From contig JBAYZO010000007.1 of NCBI GenBank assembly GCA_041672465.1, positions 367-64,366 of the forward strand: a stretch of 64,000 nucleotides of DNA, read 5' to 3'. This document shows, piece after piece, positions 26,194 through 35,049 of this stretch. The position numbers and the translations under genes are program-made. Positions within the stretch are counted from its first letter, which is position 1; each line of letters opens with the position of its first letter. This stretch comes from Eubacteriales bacterium (lineage in GTDB: Bacteria; Bacillota; Clostridia; Oscillospirales; CAG-382). The notes under the pieces were generated by a model. It saw nothing but the letters and a program-made list of their open reading frames with translations. It did not search any database and was not told the DNA's origin.

Positions 26194-27888
26194 ATGGCAA
26201 ACAGGTTTAAAATAGGAGTGATGACAGATTCGTTCAGAACTTCTTTCGGTGAGTCCCTTGACAAGGCGGCGGCCGTCGGCGCGGAGGGGATTCAGCTTTA
26301 TGTCACGGGGGGCGAAACCCATTACACAAAGTTTGACGAACAAAAAATTGCCGAGACAAAAACCCTTCTAAAAGAGCGTTCTCTTGTGGTTGCGGCCGTT
26401 TGCGGCGATTTCGGCGGGCACGGCTTTGAGACGGACGAGGAAAACGTCTGGAAGATCCCTGCTTCAAAAAAGGTCGCGGATCTCGCCAAAGCGCTTGACA
26501 GCACGGTAGTTACCACCCATATCGGGGTTGTGCCGGAAGAAAAAAACGAAACCTACCAAAGGATGAAAAACGCCTGCAAGGAGATAGGCGACTACGCCGC
26601 GAAAATCGGCGTGACTTTTGCCATTGAGACCGGCCCTGAAAAGCCCGAGACGCTGCGCGACTTTATTCTTGATGTGGGCTCAAAGGGTATCGGGGTAAAC
26701 CTTGACCCGGCGAACTTGGTTATGGTAACCGACGAAGACCCCGCGAAAGCCGTGCGTACGCTTGGGGACTTTATCGTCCATACCCACGCCAAAGACGGAG
26801 TGCTTATCAAAAAAACCCGGCCGAAACTCATTTACACCTTCTTTGCCGAGGGCGGAATTGAAGACATGAGAATGGAAGACTATTTTAAAGAGCTTCCGCT
26901 CGGCGAGGGCGGGGTCAACTATGACGAATATTTAAAAGCGCTTGACGATATAGGATACACCGGTTTTCTTACAATCGAGCGCGAGTGCGGGGAAAACCCC
27001 TATGACGACATTAAAAAGGCGGTGGATTTTTTGAAAGAAAAGTCAAGGATTAAAAAAATAGGTTTTATTGATTACTTTCTTGACGAATGGCACGCGCTCA
27101 ACTACCCCAAATTTATTAAAGACGCCGCCGGGCGCGAGTTTGAGGTAGCTTATGCCTACGGCGAAATCGATTCCCCCAAGGGCGGGATGACAACCGACGA
27201 GTGGTGTAATAAGTTCGGAGTTCAAAAATGCGGTACGATTGACGAAATCGTGGAAAAATCCGACGTTATTATAGTCCTCTCCCCCGACCACCCCGAACGC
27301 CACTGGGACCTTTGCCAGAAACCGCTGAGAAGCGGAAAACGCGTTTATGTAGACAAGACCTTCGCGCTGTCAAAAGAAGTCGCCCAAGATCTTGTAGATT
27401 TGGCGGCCGCCCACTCCACCCCGTTCTTCTCAAGCTCCGCGCTGCGGTTTTCGGAAGAGCTGTCGGGCTTTGCCAAAGATGATATTTGCTTTGTTTCTTC
27501 CCGCGGGCCGGGGAGCTTTGACACCTACGCCATTCATCAAATCGAGCCGATTGTGATACTTATGGGGAGCGACGTAAAAAGGCTTATGTCCGTGGGCGCC
27601 GGCAAATACGAGTCGCTTGTAATTGAGTTTTCCGGCGGCCGCCGAGCGATTATGTCGCATTACGGCTGGGTAGGAATTGATTTTTCAATGACGGTGAGCT
27701 ATGCTGACGGCAAAACAAATATCATTCCTAAGATGTCAAATTACTTCCCCAACTTTATAACCGCGATGTGCGACTTCTTCAGAACGGGCGACATCAAGGC
27801 GGCGCACGACGAAACCGTCGCCATAATGGGGATAATCGAAGCCGGAAACAAGGCCTTGACCACCCCCGGCGTATGGGTTGAGGTATAG
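26194..27888 (+). CDS. fusion protein: sugar-phosphate isomerase/epimerase (xylose-isomerase-like TIM barrel) plus a Gfo/Idh/MocA-like C-terminal domain
   Basis: Internal ATG (MANRFKIGVMTDSF) follows AAAGGATGG. The TIM-barrel part includes HIGVVPE...FAIETGPE...NLDPANL...HAKD. The C-terminal half (IGFIDYFLDEWHALNY...VIIVLSPDHPERHWDL...GKRVYVDKTF) looks oxidoreductase-like. Confidence 0.6.
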   Translation: MANRFKIGVMTDSFRTSFGESLDKAAAVGAEGIQLYVTGGETHYTKFDEQKIAETKTLLKERSLVVAAVCGDFGGHGFETDEENVWKIPASKKVADLAKALDSTVVTTHIGVVPEEKNETYQRMKNACKEIGDYAAKIGVTFAIETGPEKPETLRDFILDVGSKGIGVNLDPANLVMVTDEDPAKAVRTLGDFIVHTHAKDGVLIKKTRPKLIYTFFAEGGIEDMRMEDYFKELPLGEGGVNYDEYLKALDDIGYTGFLTIERECGENPYDDIKKAVDFLKEKSRIKKIGFIDYFLDEWHALNYPKFIKDAAGREFEVAYAYGEIDSPKGGMTTDEWCNKFGVQKCGTIDEIVEKSDVIIVLSPDHPERHWDLCQKPLRSGKRVYVDKTFALSKEVAQDLVDLAAAHSTPFFSSSALRFSEELSGFAKDDICFVSSRGPGSFDTYAIHQIEPIVILMGSDVKRLMSVGAGKYESLVIEFSGGRRAIMSHYGWVGIDFSMTVSYADGKTNIIPKMSNYFPNFITAMCDFFRTGDIKAAHDETVAIMGIIEAGNKALTTPGVWVEV

Positions 27889-27915
27889 TTTAACTAAAAC
27901 AAGTCTTACAAAAGG

Positions 27916-27945
27916 CCGCCCGCTTTCGCGGGCGGTCGGTTTATA
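27916..27945 (+). terminator. rho-independent terminator
   Basis: CCGCCCGC-TTTC-GCGGGCGG followed by TCGGTTTAT (weak U-tract). Confidence 0.55.
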
Positions 27946-28146
27946 AACAGATTTTTTTTGCTTTATCTTTTGTTTTTTATGTTATAATATGTTTTGGCCT
28001 TGAATATTAAAGACCAAAAACCCTCCCTGCTTTTTTGCTTTAGGCAAGGAGTAATGAAGAGTGTTTGTGTTTCCGGTCCTTCACAGCCCTGAATATCCCC
28101 GTTTTTTACAACGATTTGCCTTTATGCGAAAGGTGCGCCCTGCGTG

Positions 28147-28177
28147 GCAAAAAACACCCCTCCGGGCAAAGGGGCGT
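28147..28177 (-). terminator. rho-independent terminator of the tiny Cys-rich ORF
   Basis: On the minus strand, ACGCCCC pairs with GGGGTGT (7 bp including one G-U), followed by TTTTTTG. Confidence 0.6.
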
Positions 28178-28189
28178 TTTTATGTTTTC

Positions 28190-28285
28190 TTAGCAGCAGC
28201 AGCAACAAAGGATGACAATCGCAATAAGAATGATAATCCAACAACAGCTGTTCTGGCCACCGAAGAACGAATCAAAGCATCCCAT
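28190..28285 (-). CDS. tiny Cys-rich membrane peptide (31 aa, MGCFDSFFGGQNSCCWIIILIAIVILCCCCC), YjcZ-like sporulation peptide candidate
   Basis: Absent from the ORF track because it is under 60 aa. The ATG lies 7 nt after GAAGGAGGA. It has its own terminator and a sigma-K-like promoter. The Gly/Cys head, single TM and Cys tail resemble the tiny-TM YjcZ family. Confidence 0.6.
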   Translation of the reverse strand: MGCFDSFFGGQNSCCWIIILIAIVILCCCCC

Positions 28286-28306
28286 AGTGAATCCTCCTTC
28301 CTTCTA

Positions 28307-28334
28307 TATACTATGACAAGAAGGAACCGTTGGT
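28307..28334 (-). promoter_or_regulatory. sigma-K-type sporulation promoter candidate
   Basis: On the minus strand: AC (28334-28333), 17 nt, CATAGTATA (28315-28307). This matches AC-17-CATAnnnTA. Confidence 0.45.
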
Positions 28335-28498
28335 GACACTTTACACCAAAACAGAATTTAAAATAAGACAAAAATCATCCGAAGATATGCTTTTCGCATA
28401 AATTTTGCTTTCACATTGAATGCTTTTCCCGTTTCCGCTTGTCACTCTCAGTATATTTAAAAGGCGGTAATATGTGCCGCTTAGCTTTGCTCGCTTTT

Positions 28499-29050
28499 TT
28501 ATATGGCTTTTTCAAAGTAAAGGTCGTCCGGGGTGTGGGAATAAAGCTCGGATATATCTCTCAATCTCCCGCTCACCCACTCTATCGCGATCTCTTCATC
28601 AAGCGCCAGCGGCATACGGTCGTGGAGATCCGAAATGGCTTTTTTCGGCGGGACGGTTATTATCGTAAACTCATTCTCCCCTCCGGCCCCGGGTCGGTAA
28701 AACCCGGTGAGGAAGATAGCCCTGCCGCTTTCCCGCTTTACGGCGTATTTGACTTTTTCCCGCCATTCATAGTATTTGCCGCAAAACGCCGCCACTCTGT
28801 TTTCCAAATGAGGGCGAAACAGGTTTTTTTCCTCAAGCGTTTCCCCTCTCGCGTTAAAAACCACCCCTTTTGGAATCTTAAAACCCCAGCGCATAGCGGA
28901 AACGGCAGGCATGTTTTCCCATTTAATCACCGGGGCAAGGTCAGTCGGATAAATCTCCCCGCTTTTCGCTCTCTTCCGCTCAAGGGAATCAAGATATTTT
29001 AAAATCATAAATTCGCTCATTTCTTCGGGTACATAATATCTGCAGCACAT
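28499..29050 (-). CDS. SOS-response-associated peptidase (SRAP/YedK/HMCES family)
   Basis: Internal ATG after AAGGAG gives the N-terminus MCCRYY (catalytic Cys2). Motifs FNARGETLEEK, YYEW and HDRMPLAL are conserved. Confidence 0.8.
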   Translation of the reverse strand: MCCRYYVPEEMSEFMILKYLDSLERKRAKSGEIYPTDLAPVIKWENMPAVSAMRWGFKIPKGVVFNARGETLEEKNLFRPHLENRVAAFCGKYYEWREKVKYAVKRESGRAIFLTGFYRPGAGGENEFTIITVPPKKAISDLHDRMPLALDEEIAIEWVSGRLRDISELYSHTPDDLYFEKAI

Positions 29051-29360
29051 GGTTTTTCTCCTTTTGTAATTTACTGATCGAATAAATATAAAGGCCATAA
29101 ATTTGCTGTAACAAGCTCTGCCGGGGGTTGCCGTTAAAAATAATAAATCCGCCGTTATTATTTCGGAATTTTACCGGGTTTTGCGCAAATAAAACCCACT
29201 ATTTCTTTAAATTTACAATAACTTAACATTTTATATTTTTGAGCGTGATATACTTTTTTATACAAAAATTTATGGTTTTATCACATTTGGCTAACATTTA
29301 CGGGGAGTTTGTTTTCCCAAAAGCGTTAGTAAAAACCAACTGAAAGAAAGGGTTTTGTTT

Positions 29361-30893
29361 ATGCGACTAAAAGCAATTGCCTGCCTTCTGTTATGCTTTG
29401 TTTTAATCTCCGCCATTCTTGCCGGATGCGCGGATAACGGCAATGAAAACTCAAGCGGCCAAGAAAGCGTTCCCGCCGGTTCAGAAGCTTCCCAAACCAG
29501 CGAACCGGTCAGCACCGAAGACGACCCGTATAGGGACGAGGCGGGAATATATTCCGCCAAACACCTCCCGGCGTTTGATGACGACTGGAAATCATACGAA
29601 GAGTTCCGGGTACTGGTCTATTCCGACGAATCCCAAAAAACCTATTATTCAGAAGAAATCGAACCCCTTTACGACACCACCGACCAAGCTATCATCGACG
29701 GAGTGAACACGCGAAATGCTTGGATATCCGACAATTACGGCATTACAGTCAGAGCTATCCCCGTCCCGGACGTGCTTGCCACGGTCAGAGCCGAAATGTC
29801 GGCGTACAGCGATATGTTCGACGCCGCGATGCCTTTTATGAGCGCCTGCGCGGTGCTGTCGCAGGAGGGCGTGCTTTACGACCTTTGCGAATTTTCCGAT
29901 TATATCGATCTTGACGCGCCTTGGTGGGATGACAACGCGACAAAATCCATGTCGATCGGCGACAGGGTTTATTTCACCACCGGCGATATGTCTATTATGC
30001 AAAAGATCGTGTCTTCCGGCGTGGCTTTTAACAAAACGCTGCTTAACGACCACTTCCCCGGCGTTGACTTATATCAAATCGTCGATGAGGGAAAATGGAC
30101 GCTTGATAGGCTTTACTCCATGAGCAAAGAAATCACGACTCAGCTCGTTGACGACGGCGTTATGGACGAAAACGACCTTTGGGGCTGCGTTGACACCGGT
30201 CCGTCTTTCTTCTACGGTTCGGGCGAACAGCTTGTCACCAAAGACGCCGACAACAAGCCCATGCTTTCATTGGGGAGCACGCAGAGATCAATCGACGTCG
30301 CCCAAAAGGTGCTGACTATTTCCATAGAGACAAAGACTTGGCTTGCCACGGTTGCCGACTGGACCGACAGAAGCGATATTTACGGAATGATTGTTAAAGT
30401 TTTCGGGGAAGACCGCTCGCTGTTTATGCTGTTCCACTTCTCTGCCATTAAAAAGCTAAGGCCGTATGACGCGCAGTTCGGCATTATCCCCGCCGCGAAA
30501 TATGACGAGGAACAGGACGGCTATTTTACAAAATGCTCGGCTTATTCGGCATACGGCACATGCCTGCCGCTCTGCGTAAAGGATCCTGAATTTTCCGCTT
30601 ATATGTGCGAACTCATGGCGATCGGCGGCAAAAACAATATTTCCAACGCTTATTACAACGTGGTGCTTAAGGGTAAGGATATTAAAGACGAGGCTTCCGA
30701 GCGCATGCTTGACCTTATATTCAACAATATCTTATACGACCCCGCCATTGTCTATGGCTTTTCGGGACTTAACAACATTTTCACGACTTTGATATCAAAG
30801 AAATCCACCGATATCTCTTCTACGCTTGAATCCATGAAAGACAGTATTAATCTGGCTATTGATGAAGTTATAGACGCTTACGAAAATTATTGA
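29361..30893 (+). CDS. extracellular solute-binding-protein-like lipoprotein (paralogue 1)
   Basis: Lipobox ILAGC. Motifs PWWDD, GKWTLDRL, FGIIPAAKYDEEQDGY, ERMLDLIFNN and IDEVIDAY are shared with the paralogues at 32374 and 40873. Confidence 0.75.
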   Translation: MRLKAIACLLLCFVLISAILAGCADNGNENSSGQESVPAGSEASQTSEPVSTEDDPYRDEAGIYSAKHLPAFDDDWKSYEEFRVLVYSDESQKTYYSEEIEPLYDTTDQAIIDGVNTRNAWISDNYGITVRAIPVPDVLATVRAEMSAYSDMFDAAMPFMSACAVLSQEGVLYDLCEFSDYIDLDAPWWDDNATKSMSIGDRVYFTTGDMSIMQKIVSSGVAFNKTLLNDHFPGVDLYQIVDEGKWTLDRLYSMSKEITTQLVDDGVMDENDLWGCVDTGPSFFYGSGEQLVTKDADNKPMLSLGSTQRSIDVAQKVLTISIETKTWLATVADWTDRSDIYGMIVKVFGEDRSLFMLFHFSAIKKLRPYDAQFGIIPAAKYDEEQDGYFTKCSAYSAYGTCLPLCVKDPEFSAYMCELMAIGGKNNISNAYYNVVLKGKDIKDEASERMLDLIFNNILYDPAIVYGFSGLNNIFTTLISKKSTDISSTLESMKDSINLAIDEVIDAYENY

Positions 30894-30902
30894 GCGTCCC
30901 CC

Positions 30903-30933
30903 CAAAAAAGCCCCTTTATCGGGGCTTTTTTGT
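30903..30933. terminator. bidirectional hairpin terminator
   Basis: AAAAAAGCCCC-TTTATC-GGGGCTTTTTT. Confidence 0.75.
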
Positions 30934-30937
30934 TTTC

Positions 30938-32083
30938 TTATAGCAACGGTTTGACAAACGAGCGTCTTACTTTATGTATGACATAATCAAAATATTTAAA
31001 CTGGGATCTGACTTTTTCATTTGACTCAAGGGTGAGATTTGATTCAAAATACTCAATATTTGTGGTCTTCATTATCCGCGCCAGCTCGTAAATCATAACG
31101 GAATTCACCCCTGAGTTAAGCATTTCCGGCACCAGCGCGATAAGCCCCAAGTCAATGGTTTTGGGGAAGTATTTCGTCCTCAGCAGTTTCAGTACGCAAA
31201 GAGGGGTAAGTCTTCCCCCGCTTTTCTGAAGATCCCTGCCGATACCGGGGATTCCAAGGGAAAACCCCACAAGCTTTTCGTTTTCATCGCAAATAACCAT
31301 ACAATATTTTTTGTTTATAATAAGCTTAAAGCTGTTCGCGATGCTAATGCGCATTTTTTCGGTAAGCGGAAAAGTGCCGTAAAGCCCGGAATACCCTTTG
31401 TCAAGAAGGTCAAAAACCCCGGTGAGATACTTTTTTATATAACCCCGGTTAGTCTTGGCGCTCCCTATATGAAGCTTGAACTTTTTCAGCGTCGCCTCGC
31501 TTAGCTGACGGAGCTTTTCGTAATATTCGTCTTTTGGCTTTGTCAGCCTGAGCTCAAACCAATCCACGTCTTTTATATAGCCGCAGCTCTCGATCAAAGC
31601 CTGATAATACGGGTAATTGTACTGTTCCTCAAAAGTCTGGTGCTCCTCAAAACCGCTTATCAAAAGCCCTTCCCTCTCAAGGTCTGAAAACCCCATGGGT
31701 CCGCAAATGGTGTCCATTCCCTGACCTCTCGCCCAATTTTCGGCGGCTTTCAGCAGCGCGCAGGCGACTTCTTTGTCGTCAATACAGTCAAAACGCGTGA
31801 ACCGCGCCCGTTTTTCACCGTATTTTTTGTTTGCCAAGTCCTGAACCAACACGGAAACCCTGCCGACAACAGTTTTGCCGCGGAAAGCGAGAAAATATTC
31901 CGCCCTTGCCGTCTCGTAGTAAAAATAACTCTTTTTGAATATTTTTTTCTCATCCCCGTAAATAGGGGGAACAAAATACGCGTTGTCCTTGTATAAATTC
32001 AGCACAAAGGACAAAAACTGCTTTTGTTCCCGTTTGGTGACGACCTTTTTAACTTCCACGTTTGGGGTAGTTTGAACATCCAT
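30938..32083 (-). CDS. GNAT-like acyltransferase family protein (about 380 aa, two-lobed), function unknown
   Basis: Internal ATG (MDVQTTPN) follows AGGAGA. Pattern: FVPPIYGDEKKIF...GRVSVLV...ALLKAAENWARGQGMDTICGPMGFSDLEREG. Confidence 0.5.
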   Translation of the reverse strand: MDVQTTPNVEVKKVVTKREQKQFLSFVLNLYKDNAYFVPPIYGDEKKIFKKSYFYYETARAEYFLAFRGKTVVGRVSVLVQDLANKKYGEKRARFTRFDCIDDKEVACALLKAAENWARGQGMDTICGPMGFSDLEREGLLISGFEEHQTFEEQYNYPYYQALIESCGYIKDVDWFELRLTKPKDEYYEKLRQLSEATLKKFKLHIGSAKTNRGYIKKYLTGVFDLLDKGYSGLYGTFPLTEKMRISIANSFKLIINKKYCMVICDENEKLVGFSLGIPGIGRDLQKSGGRLTPLCVLKLLRTKYFPKTIDLGLIALVPEMLNSGVNSVMIYELARIMKTTNIEYFESNLTLESNEKVRSQFKYFDYVIHKVRRSFVKPLL

Positions 32084-32137
32084 GTGTTTGTCTCCTGAAA
32101 AAAACAAAAATTTAATATAGAAAGGAAGGGTAAAAAA

Positions 32138-32377
32138 ATGCAAAATGAGAAAGTGCTTCTGCCGAAAAAGCCCGGCGATGACGACGACAGCTTAACAAAA
32201 AGCGTGGCGTCCACAACCGAATGTACGGGGCTTACCCCGCATGTCCCCGAAAGCCCGCATGAAGTCGATTCTTTTAAAGATATCTACCAAACGCCGCTTT
32301 ACTCAGGCGAAATTCAAGGCGAAAAAGAAAAGCGGGTAAAGAAACAAAAACAAAAACCAAAACCCAAAACACCTTAA
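32138..32377 (+). CDS. hypothetical small protein with Lys/Pro-rich tail (79 aa)
   Basis: ATG follows GGAAGGG. The tail reads EKEKRVKKQKQKPKPKTP. Its stop overlaps the convergent SBP gene end by 4 nt. No family recognised. Confidence 0.35.
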   Translation: MQNEKVLLPKKPGDDDDSLTKSVASTTECTGLTPHVPESPHEVDSFKDIYQTPLYSGEIQGEKEKRVKKQKQKPKPKTP

Positions 32378-33957
32378 CCGTTTTTGGTGTAAAGATCAAT
32401 AACCTCGTCTAAATCCAGCTGCGCCGCCGTGGCGATCGCCTCATAAGCGGCGGTAAAAGTGGAGCCCGGGGAGTTCATAAGGTTTTGAAGCATGGTGGGG
32501 AGACTCGTCCCGCTCGACAGCCCGATGTTGTAAATAATGCCTATGTCACAGCCGCGGGTGTCAAAGATAAGCTGAATCATATCCACCGAGTCATCGTCTC
32601 GCGTCTTCTGGTACTTCAGCGTGCGCTGAACGTATTCGTACGCCACCGTTTCGACCGAGTAATAACCCATTACGTCAAGCAGTCCCCCCGCGTAATAGGC
32701 GTCTTCTTCCGAAAGAACGGCGGGGAGGGCGAACGCGTTGCCCGTCCAAGGGTTGATAAGCGAGAAATAATCGTCCTGAGCGTCGTCAAACTTTGGCGTG
32801 GGGAGAACTCCGAATTCGTCGTCCATGCCGGCGAAGAAATGCATAAAAGCCATGTTGTCAGAGAAGAACATTACCCGCCCCTCCAAAAACGCTTTCCCCG
32901 TGCATTCGTATGTGGGCGTGCCCGAAACGTTAAAATAATTGTTGGCGGAAATATAATGGTCTGTGTCGCGGAACATTGTATACATCTTTTCGGCGACGTT
33001 TACCGAACGTCCGCCAAACATGGTGAGCTCAAGGGTTTTTTCCCCGCTTTGGGTCACTATCCGCTCCCCCGAGGCGAAAAAGAAGTTCCATGTGTCGTCG
33101 GCCTGCCCCGCCCAGCCCACTTTGTCGTTAAAATCAATTACGGCGTTATCGTCAACGTCTACGCTGAGCAGTTTTGCGTATTCATAAGCTTTGTCAAACG
33201 TCCATTTGTTGTCACGGACAAGCCCATAAAGAACCGATGGTTCAAGCCCATGATCGCCGGCGAGATTTTTGTTGAAGTAAACCACCGGTGTGGCGTTTTT
33301 ATTGAAAAGCCCGATATCGCCGAGGGTAAAATACAAACAGCCGTTAATGGTCATGGAGCTGTTGAAAGACTGATCCCACCAAGGGTTTTGGGTGTTCAGC
33401 GAGGGTATTTCAATAAGGTTTAAAAAGCTGCCCTCGGCGGCGAGCGTGCCGCAGTCATAAATAGAGGGCGCGCATATGTCAAAGGTATGCTGCCCCCCGG
33501 CAAGCTCGTTTCTGACATACGAGAGCATTTCCCTGCCCACGCGGTCAGACGTGATAGCCAATTCTTTTATGTGGCAGTTTAAATATGACTCGGCGCGGTT
33601 GTTCCGCTCCCTTATCGCCTCGTTGACGGCAACTGTCATCCAGCTCTGCTCGCCTTCGGAGAGCGTCTCGTTAAATATGACTTCCGAAACCTGATTAGCC
33701 CCGCCGATAGTCAAAAAGATAATATCCCTGTCACCGAAATCGTCTTCGATTATCGGGGACGAACTAGTGGGCTCCCCGCTTTCCGCGGCGCTGAACACCG
33801 GCGTTTCAGACTTCACCCCTTGTGACGACTCGTTCCCGGTCTTCCCCCCGCAGGACGAAAGCAGAAAACCCCCAAGCGTAAGCAAAAGGCAAATGAAAAT
33901 ACTAAGCGCGGTTGACATAATCGGGGAAGAAAACTGTTTGTTTTTAATGTGTCTCAT
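32374..33957 (-). CDS. extracellular solute-binding-protein-like lipoprotein (paralogue 2)
   Basis: Signal peptide and lipobox LLSSC, RBS AAGGAGA. Motifs PWWDQ, NKWTFDKA, FGVLPTPKFDDAQDDY and LDEVIDLY. Confidence 0.75.
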   Translation of the reverse strand: MRHIKNKQFSSPIMSTALSIFICLLLTLGGFLLSSCGGKTGNESSQGVKSETPVFSAAESGEPTSSSPIIEDDFGDRDIIFLTIGGANQVSEVIFNETLSEGEQSWMTVAVNEAIRERNNRAESYLNCHIKELAITSDRVGREMLSYVRNELAGGQHTFDICAPSIYDCGTLAAEGSFLNLIEIPSLNTQNPWWDQSFNSSMTINGCLYFTLGDIGLFNKNATPVVYFNKNLAGDHGLEPSVLYGLVRDNKWTFDKAYEYAKLLSVDVDDNAVIDFNDKVGWAGQADDTWNFFFASGERIVTQSGEKTLELTMFGGRSVNVAEKMYTMFRDTDHYISANNYFNVSGTPTYECTGKAFLEGRVMFFSDNMAFMHFFAGMDDEFGVLPTPKFDDAQDDYFSLINPWTGNAFALPAVLSEEDAYYAGGLLDVMGYYSVETVAYEYVQRTLKYQKTRDDDSVDMIQLIFDTRGCDIGIIYNIGLSSGTSLPTMLQNLMNSPGSTFTAAYEAIATAAQLDLDEVIDLYTKNG

Positions 33958-34022
33958 CGCAATGTCTCCTTATCCGCAAAATATATATAGTAAAAAATTG
34001 TTTTGATCCGAATATAATTATG

Positions 34023-35021
34023 TCAACTGAAAAAGAGCTGGAGCAAATAAACGATAAGATAAAGAACACCGAAATAAAGTAAAATCTTTGGCACTATCAT
34101 TTTATTCTTGCGCTGTTTTATTCGCTCTTCTTCCGCGAGGCGCTGAATTACCTTTTCATATGACTTTATCTTTTCTTCTATCTCTTTGTCGGTCTCTTCC
34201 CGTCTGGAATTATTAAAACCGGCTTTGTCGCGGAGGTGCGGGTCGCTCTCCCGCTTTAAAACCTTAACGGTTTCTTCAAGATTTGTCTCGTTAATGTTTT
34301 GAAGCAGCCAATCGCGGTCTCTTTCGCAGACCCGGCACTTTGTGTCGGCCAGTATATTTTTATTGCCGCAGCAGCAGAGCCAAACCTCCTGCGTGACCAC
34401 GGGAATAACCCGCGACGGGTGGAATTCCTCCGCGCCCGAGTATATGTTGACTTTGGAAAAGGCGTATTTCTTCTCGTCGTCGAGTTCGGAAATTCTCTTG
34501 CACTTATTGGCGACGATAACGCCGATTTTTTGTTCTTTTCCGCCGGCGTAGACAACATTTACTATTTCAAGCGCGGCTTTTCTGAAGTACGCCTCGGGGA
34601 TTTTAATATAAGACGCTCTTCCGAAAGACTCATAGGTTTCAATATCCCCGGCAATGCCGTCCCTTTTAAAAAGCCTTGCGTAAAAAGGCTTTTTAACTTT
34701 CCCCGGCCTTTCCCTTACGCCGAGGGTAAACTCGTCTTCCGAATAAACAAAGGGGATTTTTATGTAGGGAAGGTTTGAGTTTTGGTAGAGCAGCAGCCTT
34801 ACCGAAAGCGAAACGACGCTGTTTTTTGAGAGGTTCTGAAAGGTAAACGAGGCGAAAATTTCATTTGTCGCGATATCGCTGACGATATACCCCTCCTGAA
34901 CCTGAACGGGCGAGCCCTCTATAATCCCCGAAAAGTCAAAATACTCGACGACTCTGAGCATTCTTCTCTTGTCGTTTTTAATTCGTTTTATTCGCGCTTT
35001 TAGTTCTTTTGTTTTTTTCAT
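34023..35021 (-). CDS. hypothetical tail-anchored protein with an internal zinc-ribbon-like motif
   Basis: CCCGNKNILADTKCRVCERD, then a coiled charged segment and a C-terminal TM helix (IVPKILLYFGVLYLIVYLLQLFF). It starts 28 nt downstream of dppA. Confidence 0.5.
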   Translation of the reverse strand: MKKTKELKARIKRIKNDKRRMLRVVEYFDFSGIIEGSPVQVQEGYIVSDIATNEIFASFTFQNLSKNSVVSLSVRLLLYQNSNLPYIKIPFVYSEDEFTLGVRERPGKVKKPFYARLFKRDGIAGDIETYESFGRASYIKIPEAYFRKAALEIVNVVYAGGKEQKIGVIVANKCKRISELDDEKKYAFSKVNIYSGAEEFHPSRVIPVVTQEVWLCCCGNKNILADTKCRVCERDRDWLLQNINETNLEETVKVLKRESDPHLRDKAGFNNSRREETDKEIEEKIKSYEKVIQRLAEEERIKQRKNKMIVPKILLYFGVLYLIVYLLQLFFS

Positions 35022-35049
35022 TTAGTTTTCTTTCACTTTGTTCGGGATG

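Noticed and set aside
28439-29002. 187-aa plus-strand ORF. A related case is the 91-aa ORF at 28061-28336.
   Set aside because: The first is antisense to the SRAP gene, whose family motifs are unambiguous. The second is antisense to the tiny Cys-rich gene, which has a far better RBS, promoter and terminator. Both translations look like nonsense.
32485-33423. 312-aa ORF on the plus strand.
   Set aside because: It is fully antisense to the well-supported SBP gene at 32374-33957. It has no RBS, and its Arg/Val/His-rich composition resembles no known family. This is a typical shadow ORF.
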